A stretch of DNA of 41,420 bases from NCBI GenBank assembly GCA_036736085.1, contig DAINNB010000001.1, positions 1-41,420 of the forward strand, written 5' to 3'. The position numbers and the translations under genes are program-made. Of this stretch, positions 1-8,070 are shown piece by piece. The notes under the pieces were generated by a model. That model was not told where the DNA came from and ran no database searches. It saw only the letters and a program-made list of their open reading frames with translations. This DNA comes from Chlamydiales bacterium. GTDB taxonomy: Bacteria > Chlamydiota > Chlamydiia > Chlamydiales > SM23-39. Position 1 is the first letter of the stretch; every line of letters starts with the position of its first letter.

Positions 1-45
1 GTACAAAAACCTCTAAGTCGACTTATCTCTTCAAGTATTTATACC

Positions 46-900
46 ATGATGCATCAAGAAAAAACAAGTCTCCTTTATGAAGGGAAAATCGTGGCAGAAG
101 CAACTTGCCTTGAACCGAAATATTCTGCCTTGTTAGCTAAAGGAATTCAGAGCTTGGGATCGATTTACCACCATAAACTTCTCCGCTATGAATGCCAGAA
201 GGGCTATGAAAATTGGATCGCAGGAAAAAGCGATCCGCGCATTTTACGCTTTGAAAGAGGAGAAACAGAAATCGCTGAAATTTTGGGTTTTAAATTTAAG
301 CAGGCTCCAGGAATTATCAAATCGCTCCTTTATACCCAATCGCACATGAATTTCTTTTTTGATGATCAAAGTTTAGGTCAGCTCATCTCTTTAAATCATT
401 TTAAGTCTCCGTCGACTCACAGAGAAGAGGGACTCGAAATTATTTTAGGGGCTCAACTCATGCCTTACTACACTTTTCAAACCGACCGCAGAGGCCGTCT
501 GTTGGTTCCGCTCCCTTCTCTTCCTCCTTTTGTCTCGGCACCCCAGTATCATGCAGGTCAAGCTCTCTTACAGATGCTAGTCATGGAGGAATTTACTCAC
601 CGGTCCATCGAATTGGCTTCAAATAACGGAATTGAGATCCTCGATGAAAAATGGGGGGAATTTCTTAAAAGATCTGGTCTCCCCGTTTCGGTCTTTAAAC
701 AAGTTCGCTCTCGATGGCTGATAGATGGCGATGATGGTCCTCGCTTTCTTATTCAAATCAGCAAAGACCGTTATTGCCTTGGAGAGTTTTACGCTAAAGA
801 ACTCAAGTTTCTCCATTCTCAAGGCGCCTTGCGTAAAGATCGCCAGCTCCAAGCGCAAATTTCGGTCCGCAAAAGAAAGTCTCTTCTTTCGATCGCTTGA
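46..900 (+). CDS. hypothetical protein (possibly 5'-partial)
   Basis: 284-aa ORF from the track. The same frame has no stop back to position 1, so the true start may lie upstream of the window. I recognise no motif. Confidence 0.55.
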   Translation: MMHQEKTSLLYEGKIVAEATCLEPKYSALLAKGIQSLGSIYHHKLLRYECQKGYENWIAGKSDPRILRFERGETEIAEILGFKFKQAPGIIKSLLYTQSHMNFFFDDQSLGQLISLNHFKSPSTHREEGLEIILGAQLMPYYTFQTDRRGRLLVPLPSLPPFVSAPQYHAGQALLQMLVMEEFTHRSIELASNNGIEILDEKWGEFLKRSGLPVSVFKQVRSRWLIDGDDGPRFLIQISKDRYCLGEFYAKELKFLHSQGALRKDRQLQAQISVRKRKSLLSIA

Positions 901-942
901 GTTGAGTGTTCTTTTTTTAAGGGTTTCCCCCTTAATAGCCCA

Positions 943-985
943 CCAAATGACTATCGTCTCTTGGAACCCTTTTTGATTTTTTTTT
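943..985 (+). terminator. putative rho-independent terminator (part of a repeated 3'-end module)
   Basis: Imperfect hairpin ccaaatgac-tatc-gtctcttgg, followed by aaccctttttgattttttttt. It lies 43 nt after the stop at 898-900. A reverse-oriented homologue occurs at 37401-37442. Confidence 0.45.
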
Positions 986-1382
986 CATGACAATAGATTC
1001 TTCAGATAGTTGGGATATACCTATCTCTGATCCATTACATCCCTAGCTCTGAACGGGTATATCCCTATCTTTAAAAGATTGTTTGAATTGATTTTGAGAG
1101 ACTTAAGGAAAATGAGGTGCAACGGTAACGGTTACGGTACTTCTTTTTGCTTTAAACGCGCCTTGAAAGGCGCTTGTTTTGTTTCGAATGTTATCCATTT
1201 TAGATTCCATTTGATTCCTATATTCGGAAAAAATATTTTTTGATTTTTTCTCAATTATTTCTTGCTTTTAACAAAAAATTATTTTAACCTTTGGGTATGA
1301 ATCATTTCGGGTTTTTTACCGATATGACAAAAAAAGAAAGGGAACTCGAAAGAAAATATTGTTTGTATAAAAGGAATTTGAT

Positions 1383-1712
1383 ATGGAAAAATTAAATAAA
1401 ATTTTGACAAAATACATAGAGCCAATTAAAAGACCTTTAACCATAACTAACGGATCGAAAAAAATATTTAATAATCAGTCTGAAGATAATTCATTAGAAA
1501 TGGCCAGATTGAGTATAGATCTATTGGCTGCAGATCATAAACGTTTAAAAACTGCTGCTTCGTTAATGGGAATGTCAATGAAGGATTTAGTTGTAGTTAG
1601 TATTGGGGATTTTATGTACCGGCAGCTCAATCGAGTAGCCAAAACATCGGCTACAAATTCTAAAAAGAAAAAGAGCTTAGCTAATAAAAAGAAAAAAGGC
1701 TCTTTAGAATAA
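1383..1712 (+). CDS. ribbon-helix-helix (CopG/ParG/antitoxin-like) domain protein with lysine-rich tail
   Basis: RLSIDLLAADHKRLKTAASLMGMSMKDLVV matches the RHH beta-strand/helix pattern R-x-[ST]-I-D-x5-H-x2-[LI]-K-x2-A-x3-G-x-S. AAGGAA lies about 7 nt upstream of the ATG. Confidence 0.7.
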   Translation: MEKLNKILTKYIEPIKRPLTITNGSKKIFNNQSEDNSLEMARLSIDLLAADHKRLKTAASLMGMSMKDLVVVSIGDFMYRQLNRVAKTSATNSKKKKSLANKKKKGSLE

Positions 1713-1727
1713 ATAATAGGAGATAAA

Positions 1728-1898
1728 ATGAGCGATAAATTAACTAGAATGTCAATAGATATAGCTTCAAAAGAGCATAAAAAAATAAAAATGAGAGCCG
1801 CTAAAGAGGGGGTCTCGATCCGAGAATTTGTCATCGATTGCATCCAAGATAAAATCGAAGCGCAAAGCTGCGAAAAAGATAGTAAAAAAAAGAAATAA
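1728..1898 (+). CDS. small ribbon-helix-helix protein (56 aa; below the ORF-track length cut-off)
   Basis: Hand translation: MSDKLTRMSIDIASKEHKKIKMRAAKEGVSIREFVIDCIQDKIEAQSCEKDSKKKK. It carries the same RHH motif as its neighbour. AGGAG lies 5-6 nt upstream of the ATG at 1728, and the stop TAA is at 1896-1898. Confidence 0.65.
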   Translation: MSDKLTRMSIDIASKEHKKIKMRAAKEGVSIREFVIDCIQDKIEAQSCEKDSKKKK

Positions 1899-2067
1899 GT
1901 CTTTTTGGCAAGAGTTTGTCTGCAGATTTGATCTCCATTTAATCCATAAAACCCGAGAGAAAAAAATCTGCAGACACCCTCTCAGAATTTTACCCCTTGT
2001 TCCTTTGAGCGTTATCTTGAAAAAAAAACATAAGTCTAAAAAACACTCTCCTTCGATCTCATTAAAT

Positions 2068-3165
2068 ATGATCGTAAAAAACGAGAGTCCTGTTATTGAA
2101 CGTTGTTTAGCTTCTGTCAAACCCTACATCGATTATTGGGTCATTGTGGATACTGGATCTACAGATGGCACCCAAGAGATCATTAGGCGCTATCTGACAG
2201 ACGTTCCTGGCGAGCTCCATGAAAGGCCTTGGGTCGATTTTGCTCACAATCGGAATGAAGCTCTTGAGCTTGCAAAATCAAAAGCAGATTATCTTCTTTT
2301 TATTGACGCCGACCAAGTTCTTGAGTTTAGCCATTCCCCGGTTTTGCCTCCTTTGACTAAAGATTGTTATTTTGTCACTGTCCACTCTGATTTTAGATAT
2401 GCCGCCCAATATATTTTGTTTGTTCGGACGAGTCTTTCTATGTCTTGGCAGGGAGTTTTGCATGAAGGGCTCGTAAGCAATGCAGATAGCTACGGTGTAT
2501 TTACTGATATTAAAATTTCTGCCTTTTCTGATGGCAACCGATCCAGAGATCCCAGAAAATTTTATAAAGATGCTGATATCTTAGAAAAAGTTCTCCAAAA
2601 AGAACCTGACAACGCAAGGTATGTGATCTTTCTTGCTTTAACGTATGACGCAGCCTTAGAGCATAACTTGGCTCTCAAGTGGTTTGAGAAAAGATCTCAA
2701 ATGGGAGGAAGAGAGGAAGAAGTATTTTATTCCCTTCTCAAAATTGCTCACCTGCAAAGACATCTTCAATATCCTTCCGAAGTATTTATCGCCTCTTATG
2801 AAAAGGCGTATCAAAACCGTCCGACAAGGGCTGAACCCCTCTATTGGCTTGCAGACTACTACATTACCCAGAAAGACTTTGAGAAAGCTTACGCGCTCGC
2901 TCAAAAAGCGCTAACGATTCCTCTTCCTTTCACAGATCAAATTTATTTAGAATATGCTGTCTATGAGTATGAAATTCTTTTACAGATCGTCAAATGCGCT
3001 TATCAAACCAAAAGATATCAAGAAAGTTATCAAGCCCTTTTGCGCCTTCGATCTATTTCACAGCTGCCCGCACTCTCTCGATCTCAAGTAGAAGACATCT
3101 TGCCTCACGTAAGGGACATGTCCCTTTCTCTAGGAGTAACAGCAGTCTCTTCACCAGGCAGCTGA
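2068..3165 (+). CDS. family 2 glycosyltransferase with C-terminal TPR-like helical domain
   Basis: MIVKNESPVIERCLASVKPYIDYWVIVDTGSTDGTQEII...LLFIDADQVLE is a GT2 GT-A signature with a DAD motif. The C-terminal half is TPR-like (ALTYDAALEHNLALKWFEKR..., YYITQKDFEKAYALAQKAL). The track ORF starts at 1828 but would overlap the RHH gene. ATG 2068 or in-frame TTG 2017 are more plausible starts. Confidence 0.75.
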   Translation: MIVKNESPVIERCLASVKPYIDYWVIVDTGSTDGTQEIIRRYLTDVPGELHERPWVDFAHNRNEALELAKSKADYLLFIDADQVLEFSHSPVLPPLTKDCYFVTVHSDFRYAAQYILFVRTSLSMSWQGVLHEGLVSNADSYGVFTDIKISAFSDGNRSRDPRKFYKDADILEKVLQKEPDNARYVIFLALTYDAALEHNLALKWFEKRSQMGGREEEVFYSLLKIAHLQRHLQYPSEVFIASYEKAYQNRPTRAEPLYWLADYYITQKDFEKAYALAQKALTIPLPFTDQIYLEYAVYEYEILLQIVKCAYQTKRYQESYQALLRLRSISQLPALSRSQVEDILPHVRDMSLSLGVTAVSSPGS

Positions 3166-3368
3166 TTTTTATCGCTTGGAGAGGCTATTTTCTCAATTGC
3201 TTCCTCTGCTTTCTTGGAAAGCCACTCGTCTTCTAAATTTTTCATCATCTGAAACGCCGAAAGCAGCATGAACTTTCTCATGGAAATTCCAAGCTGTGCG
3301 CTGGCCATTTTTAGATAGGTATGTTCTTCTGGGGTCATATCGATCGTTAAACGCGCATAATGCTTCAT
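3105..3368 (-). CDS. ribbon-helix-helix domain protein (third paralogue)
   Basis: MKHYARLTIDMTPEEHTYLKMASAQLGISMRKFML carries the same motif. A strong AAGGAG lies 6-7 nt upstream of the ATG. Its 3' end overlaps the convergent GT2-TPR gene by 61 nt. Confidence 0.7.
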   Translation of the reverse strand: MKHYARLTIDMTPEEHTYLKMASAQLGISMRKFMLLSAFQMMKNLEDEWLSKKAEEAIEKIASPSDKNQLPGEETAVTPRERDMSLT

Positions 3369-3499
3369 ACAAGACTCCTTTGTTGTTCCGGTATACAGAA
3401 AAACAGAATTTATTTGCTATCGCAGTTTTTCAAATGTGTTTGATAATCAGAGTTTTGAGTATCTACTTATTTCAGTGAAGGATAGGCGTCATTGTTAGA

Positions 3500-3808
3500 G
3501 AAAGGGCTCCGCCCTTATACCCGCCAAAAGGGGCAAGCCCCCTCTGGACTCCATTTTATTTTTATATTTATAGGTAATTGCAAAAGTCGTTTTGATGGCC
3601 AAATTCGATGGTTTTTTCGTTGGCTAGGTTTTTCGCAAAGTGACATATCCTTTTGGCCATAGGCACTTTGCGAAAAATCCGAACCAACGGAAAAAGCGTG
3701 AATTTGGCACCGAGTGGACTTTTGCAATTACCTCTTTATACAAAAAAAACAAAAAGGGTTCTAAGGGAACTTGTTCCCTTAGCGGGTATAAGGGCAGAGC
3801 CCTTTCGC
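3500..3808. repeat. long palindromic MITE-like element, copy 1 (outer arms GAAAGGGCTC[C/T]GCCCTTATACCCGC; nested inner palindrome AGGTAATTGCAAAAGTC...GACTTTTGCAATTACCT)
   Basis: The left end and the reverse complement of the right end match. The interior is itself an imperfect palindrome (gccaaattc/gaatttggc, ttttcgttgg/ccaacggaaaa, tttttcgcaaagtg/cactttgcgaaaaa). It is homologous to 5598-5902 in the opposite orientation. Confidence 0.85.
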
Positions 3809-3815
3809 TGGCAGT

Positions 3816-4733
3816 ATGAACAAGATGGATAAAATAAAAACTTTTTCTAATTTTATAAATAAATATAAAGTAAGTTTTATGTCGTTTATTAAAAATCATT
3901 TTAAGAAAATTCATCTAAAAGAACAGTTAGGTCAAATTGATGGAATCGATGCGATTTATCTCATTAATTTAGATCAAAGGACTGAGAGAAGAGATCGGTG
4001 TCTTCAGCAGTTGCGGCCTTATGGGATTGTTCCTGAGAGGTTTTCTGCTATTTATGGATGGGAGATTTCTCAGGAGGCATTTGATGAGGTGGGGTTGAAA
4101 TTTCTTCCTCCGATGGGGTTTCTCTTTGACCGGCGCGTGTTTTTTCGTCCTTCAAGTCATCAAGATGTAGGAGAGCGTTTGAATGAATCTTCTTATGGGA
4201 GGACGTGCGTAAATATCTTTACGATTGCAGGAGCGATAGGTTGCGCATTAAGTCATTTATCTTGCCTTCAAGATGCTTTTGATGGTGGGGTGGAGACTGT
4301 TTGGATTTTAGAAGATGATTTAACAGTTTTTCAAAACCCCCGCTATTTGACCTATTTCATGGGAAAACTCGATCAGATTGTGGGCAAAGAGGGGTGGGAT
4401 CTTCTTTATACAGACAACCATCATATTTTTCCTCTTCGGGAAGGGAAGTATTTCCATGTTCGGCCTGATCGCCCTCCTATTCTTCACGCCTACGAAAACT
4501 TTTTAGTAGGAGATGACTTTATTCAAATTAACGGTCGAGCGGAACTACATTCGACCCTTTATCGGCGCTGTGGCATGAAGAAAATTTTAGAGTACTTTCA
4601 CCATTTCGGCATTTTTCATCCCATTGATATTGAGCTCTATAGTATTCCCGATCTTCGTATGTACAACCTAAGATCTGAGATTGTCGGGCATGGAGGATCC
4701 ACACAGTCCGACACAAGAGATCGAGCATTTTGA
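3816..4733 (+). CDS. family 25 glycosyltransferase (LPS/LOS beta-1,4-galactosyltransferase-like)
   Basis: IDAIYLINLDQRTERRDRCLQQL is the GT25 N-terminal signature, and WILEDD is a DXD-like motif. It is paralogous to 35575-36441. By comparison with that paralogue, the start may be a downstream ATG (3879). Confidence 0.8.
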   Translation: MNKMDKIKTFSNFINKYKVSFMSFIKNHFKKIHLKEQLGQIDGIDAIYLINLDQRTERRDRCLQQLRPYGIVPERFSAIYGWEISQEAFDEVGLKFLPPMGFLFDRRVFFRPSSHQDVGERLNESSYGRTCVNIFTIAGAIGCALSHLSCLQDAFDGGVETVWILEDDLTVFQNPRYLTYFMGKLDQIVGKEGWDLLYTDNHHIFPLREGKYFHVRPDRPPILHAYENFLVGDDFIQINGRAELHSTLYRRCGMKKILEYFHHFGIFHPIDIELYSIPDLRMYNLRSEIVGHGGSTQSDTRDRAF

Positions 4734-5596
4734 GGTTTTTGATGACAAACCGCTATGTAAGCTGCTCATTTATAGGACAGCTAGGCAATCAGTTATTTAT
4801 GATTGCTGCTACTTTAAGTTATGCCTGGGATCACCGTGCAATTGCTACTTTCCCTGGACTTCATGATAGCAATTATCGGCTATCTTACAATCGGGATCGA
4901 ATTTTTTTCCGCCTAAATACCTTCCAACCTCCAACTCCTTTGATCAAAGAGTTTGCCCACACCTACTGGTATCCTGTACACCGAATCCCTTACTGTGAAG
5001 ATAATCTCTTTCTTACCGGCTACTACCAATCATGGCACCATTTTCATCATCATAGAGAAAAACTACTCTCTCTCTTCGCCCCTCATCCAGATACATTAGA
5101 CTATCTATCTCAAAAATACAGAGACCTGCTTCACCATCCCTATACTGTAGCGATCCACGTTCGCACTTATTGCCTAAGAGACCATAAAGCGCTGCCTTTT
5201 TTAGGGTTAGATTATATAAAAGACAGCATAAAACTCTTTCCCGGCTCTCCTCAATTTGTCGTTTTTTCCGATCGGATCAATTTGTGCAAAAAACATTTTG
5301 AGCCGCTAGAAGGCAATTTCATTTTTATAGAAGGTAATGACGGCAACCAAGATTTAGCCTTGATGAGCCTCTGCAAACACAACATCATCGCAAATTCCAC
5401 ATTCTCCTGGTGGGCCGCCTACCTGAACCAACATGATCAAAAAAAAGTCGTCGCTCCAGCCCTTGTCTACCGTTCAGGCCCCACGCACCATTTCTACTGC
5501 CCCGAGTGGATACAAATCCCTGTCACCCTTCAACCCTATCCAGAAGATATGCGCGCTTATGATGAAGTCAGTCAGTCGTTTGATAATAACGACTAA
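4730..5596 (+). CDS. family 11 glycosyltransferase (alpha-1,2-fucosyltransferase-like)
   Basis: GQLGNQLF, HVRTY and NSTFSWWAAYLN match the GT11 motifs (GGLGNQ.FQ / HVRRGDY / NSTFSWWAAYL). TTG 4730 overlaps the upstream stop; ATG 4742 is an alternative start. Confidence 0.85.
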   Translation: MRFLMTNRYVSCSFIGQLGNQLFMIAATLSYAWDHRAIATFPGLHDSNYRLSYNRDRIFFRLNTFQPPTPLIKEFAHTYWYPVHRIPYCEDNLFLTGYYQSWHHFHHHREKLLSLFAPHPDTLDYLSQKYRDLLHHPYTVAIHVRTYCLRDHKALPFLGLDYIKDSIKLFPGSPQFVVFSDRINLCKKHFEPLEGNFIFIEGNDGNQDLALMSLCKHNIIANSTFSWWAAYLNQHDQKKVVAPALVYRSGPTHHFYCPEWIQIPVTLQPYPEDMRAYDEVSQSFDNND

Positions 5597-5597
5597 T

Positions 5598-5902
5598 GAA
5601 GGGCTTCGCCCTTAGACCCGCCAAGGGGACACGTCCACTTGGAACCCCTTTTGTTTTTTTATATATAAAGAGGTAATTGCAAAAGTTCATTCGGTGCCAA
5701 ATTCGGGCTTTTTCCGTTGCTTCGGATTTTTCGCGAAGTGCCTACGGCCAAAAGGATATGTCGCTTTGCGAAAAACCAAACCAACGAAAAAATCATCGAA
5801 TTTGGCCCTCGAAGCGACTTTTACAATTGCCTCTAAAAAGAAAAAAGGGAATCCAGAGGGGGCTTGCCCCCTTTGGCGGGTTTAAGGAAGGAGCTCTTTC
5901 GC
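5598..5902. repeat. long palindromic MITE-like element, copy 2 (inverted relative to copy 1)
   Basis: It aligns along its whole length with the reverse complement of 3500-3808, with most positions identical by eye. It starts 1 nt after the GT11 stop codon. Confidence 0.85.
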
Positions 5903-5937
5903 TGATAACATCGAAACTCTGTTTTTGAAATAATTTT

Positions 5938-6540
5938 CTAAGAAACTGATTCCCATTTTGTGGAATGGATTTGGAGTTCGGGGTGGGAAATGAGGAGGTG
6001 CCATAAAATGGCTTGGAAGCCTTCTGTGTGTGGCGTAATGGCTGAGCGATCTATTGTGGGAACTATGATGCAGGCGTCGGCTTGTTTAGCTGTATAACCT
6101 CCGTCTTTTCCTACGATTCCGATGATTTTGGCTTTTACGTTTTTAGCTGTTTTGATGGCCTCAACGAGGTTTGTTGAGATTTTTTTTTCTTCTGAGCCGC
6201 CGCCTACAGAGAAAATAAAAAGGCCGTCTTTTTCATTGAGTTTGCTTACAGTTAGGTAATTTGCTAGAGAGCTGTCCCAGCCGTCATCGTTGATTCGAGC
6301 TGTGAGCTCGGAGATATTGTCGAGGGGGCAGTAAGCTTCGAAACGTCCGAGTTTTCGAAAGTCGCAAGTAGCGTGGGAAGCATGGCCGGCTCCTCCTCCG
6401 GAGCCAATAAAAAAAAGGCGTCCTTGATCTTCTCGGATTTTTTTTAAGATCAGAGCGCATTTTTCAATCGATTCAAGATCGAGTTTATTGATGATCTGAG
6501 AAGTTTGTGCTAAAAATTGTTTTGCGAACATAGTGATCAA
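5938..6540 (-). CDS. gmhA: SIS-domain sedoheptulose-7-phosphate isomerase (GmhA-like)
   Basis: SIS pattern RLFFIGSGGGAGHASH...FIFSVGGGS...KIIGIVGKDGG, in an operon with gmhB, hddA and hddC. Confidence 0.7.
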   Translation of the reverse strand: MITMFAKQFLAQTSQIINKLDLESIEKCALILKKIREDQGRLFFIGSGGGAGHASHATCDFRKLGRFEAYCPLDNISELTARINDDGWDSSLANYLTVSKLNEKDGLFIFSVGGGSEEKKISTNLVEAIKTAKNVKAKIIGIVGKDGGYTAKQADACIIVPTIDRSAITPHTEGFQAILWHLLISHPELQIHSTKWESVS

Positions 6541-7058
6541 GCCATTTTAAGTATTTTAATAATTTGTTCGAAAGAGTTGCAGTTCATGTCTCCGAGGCCA
6601 TGGATAAACCGGTTGTACTCTGTTTGCAGTAAAATTGTGATGACCCCGGCTCTTTTTCCGGCTTGAAGATCTTTGAGGGAGTCTCCTAGAAAAAAAGATT
6701 GAGAGAGGTCTAGATACAGAGCTTCAGCGCTTTGTAAAAGCATGCCAGGATTAGGTTTGCGACGAATATACGCGTCATTAGAACTTGTGCAGACCTCGAT
6801 TCGATCAAAAGGGATATTTTCCTGGATGACTTGGTGCATTTTTTTGAGTTCTTTTCGAGAAAGAAGGCCCCTTGATACATCGGGTTGGTTTGTCACAAGA
6901 ACAAGGAAAAAACCAAGCTCCTTGGCGATTTGGGCTAGTAGAATCGTATCTGGAATTAAGACAAGCTCTTCGAGGTGGCGAGGAGATTGAGGTTTCCCTT
7001 CTCTCATGACTACTTCATTGACAATTCCATCTCTGTCTAAAAAAAGAGCTCTATTCAT
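6537..7058 (-). CDS. gmhB: HAD-IIIA D,D-heptose 1,7-bisphosphate phosphatase (GmhB-like)
   Basis: ALFLDRDGIVNE (DxDG nucleophile motif), VTNQPDVSRG, RKPNPGML, GDSLKDLQAGKRAG. Confidence 0.8.
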   Translation of the reverse strand: MNRALFLDRDGIVNEVVMREGKPQSPRHLEELVLIPDTILLAQIAKELGFFLVLVTNQPDVSRGLLSRKELKKMHQVIQENIPFDRIEVCTSSNDAYIRRKPNPGMLLQSAEALYLDLSQSFFLGDSLKDLQAGKRAGVITILLQTEYNRFIHGLGDMNCNSFEQIIKILKMA

Positions 7059-8070
7059 GGAGAAGCACCCTAGTTTTTTGAAGATTTGACTGTTCGATGG
7101 CGGCTATCACTTGATTGGCTCTACATCCATCTTCTCCGTTGCCGAGAGGTGGGGTCCTTGCAAAAATGGCTTTCTTAAACTCTTCCCATTCTAACTTCCA
7201 GCTAATGTCCTCATCTGGATAAGAAAAAGTTTTGATTTCTGGAGGACCACCTTCGAGTTTTCTTAACATGCATTCCAAAGTTTCTTGGCCATAGCTGCCT
7301 CCAAGTCCTTGGATATGAAGAGATCCCTTGGATCCGAAAAGCTCAAAAGAGAAAAGGTTTTTCCATTGGGTCCAGCTTACATGGAACATTGCATCGGCGC
7401 CTGAAAGAGTTTTACCTAGAACAAAGGCGTTATCTTCAACATCCATCGGCCAAAAAGCTGTATTAAGAGAAGCGTAGACCTCTGCCCAGCCCCCGCCAAA
7501 CCATTGCATGAGATCAATGATATGGATCCCTTGGTCTAAAAGCTCTCCGCCTCCACATAGGCTTTTGGAGGCTCTCCACTCTTTTTCCATGCCAGGCCGG
7601 CCTCCATGTCCATAACGGGCTCGAAGAGAAAGCAGTTTGCCGATCACACCTTGGTCGATAAGGTTTTTGGCTTTGGCGATAGCTGGATGAAATCGATGAT
7701 TAAACCCGGTTTTAACGATGAGAGTTCGCTTGGATTTTGTCGCTGCATCCAAAATAGCTTTGGATTCTAGAAAATTTCTTCCAAATGGCTTTTCAACGAG
7801 AAGATCTTTTCCCATCTGGAGCGCATGAATCGCTATCTCCGCAGAGAGATGATTAGGAGTAGAGACGATGACTGCATCTACTTCTGGAGATGAGACAGCT
7901 TCTGTCCAATCAACGAGAGCTTGGCAGTGGTGTTGAGAGGCGAGCTTTTCAGCCGATTCTTGATGGATATCGACGACGAAGAGTAACCGGGCCTCTTTGT
8001 CTTTGGCAATTTCAGCGGCTCTTTTTTTCCCGATGAGCCCGCAGCCAATAATGGCGACATTTACTGCCAT
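7051..8070 (-). CDS. Gfo/Idh/MocA family NAD(P)-dependent sugar oxidoreductase
   Basis: N-terminal Rossmann fold VAIIGCGLIGKKR and the family motif LLVEKP. Confidence 0.75.
   Translation of the reverse strand: MAVNVAIIGCGLIGKKRAAEIAKDKEARLLFVVDIHQESAEKLASQHHCQALVDWTEAVSSPEVDAVIVSTPNHLSAEIAIHALQMGKDLLVEKPFGRNFLESKAILDAATKSKRTLIVKTGFNHRFHPAIAKAKNLIDQGVIGKLLSLRARYGHGGRPGMEKEWRASKSLCGGGELLDQGIHIIDLMQWFGGGWAEVYASLNTAFWPMDVEDNAFVLGKTLSGADAMFHVSWTQWKNLFSFELFGSKGSLHIQGLGGSYGQETLECMLRKLEGGPPEIKTFSYPDEDISWKLEWEEFKKAIFARTPPLGNGEDGCRANQVIAAIEQSNLQKTRVLLHE

Noticed and set aside
1112-1243. ~43-codon Cys/Gly-containing ORF (MRCNGNGYGTSFCFKRALKGACF...) in the 900-1383 intergenic region. It spans a GC hairpin plus T-run at about 1158-1185 that looks like a plus-strand terminator.
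   Set aside because: The RBS spacing is poor (AAGGA only about 3 nt from the ATG), and the hairpin/terminator lies inside the ORF. It is more likely a non-coding leader or small RNA region, and there is not enough evidence to call either.
1383-1898. Tandem RHH genes as a type II toxin-antitoxin pair.
   Set aside because: Both proteins carry the antitoxin-like RHH motif. Neither resembles a toxin (no PIN, RelE, MazF, GNAT or Doc features), and the next gene is a glycosyltransferase.
1828-2067. Upstream extension of the GT2-TPR ORF from ATG 1828.
   Set aside because: It would overlap the 3' end of the RHH gene (1728-1898) by 71 nt and add about 80 lysine/arginine-rich residues with no homology. 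The GT2 signature begins right at MIVKNE (ATG 2068); TTG 2017 remains possible.
3515-3914. Track ORFs inside palindromic repeat copy 1 (3515-3727 minus, 3624-3914 minus). Their conceptual proteins are conserved with ORFs in copy 2 (5677-5928 and 5694-5885).
   Set aside because: The conservation is simply nucleotide repeat identity. Because the element is palindromic, both strands yield look-alike ORFs, there is no RBS, and the ORFs run out of the element into unrelated sequence. I treat the region as non-coding repeat.
3500-5902. Possibility that the repeated palindromes represent a CRISPR array.
   Set aside because: There are only two long copies plus one short copy, they are far apart (2 kb and 19 kb), they are in mixed orientation, they are ~130-305 bp long, and there are no regularly sized spacers and no cas genes.
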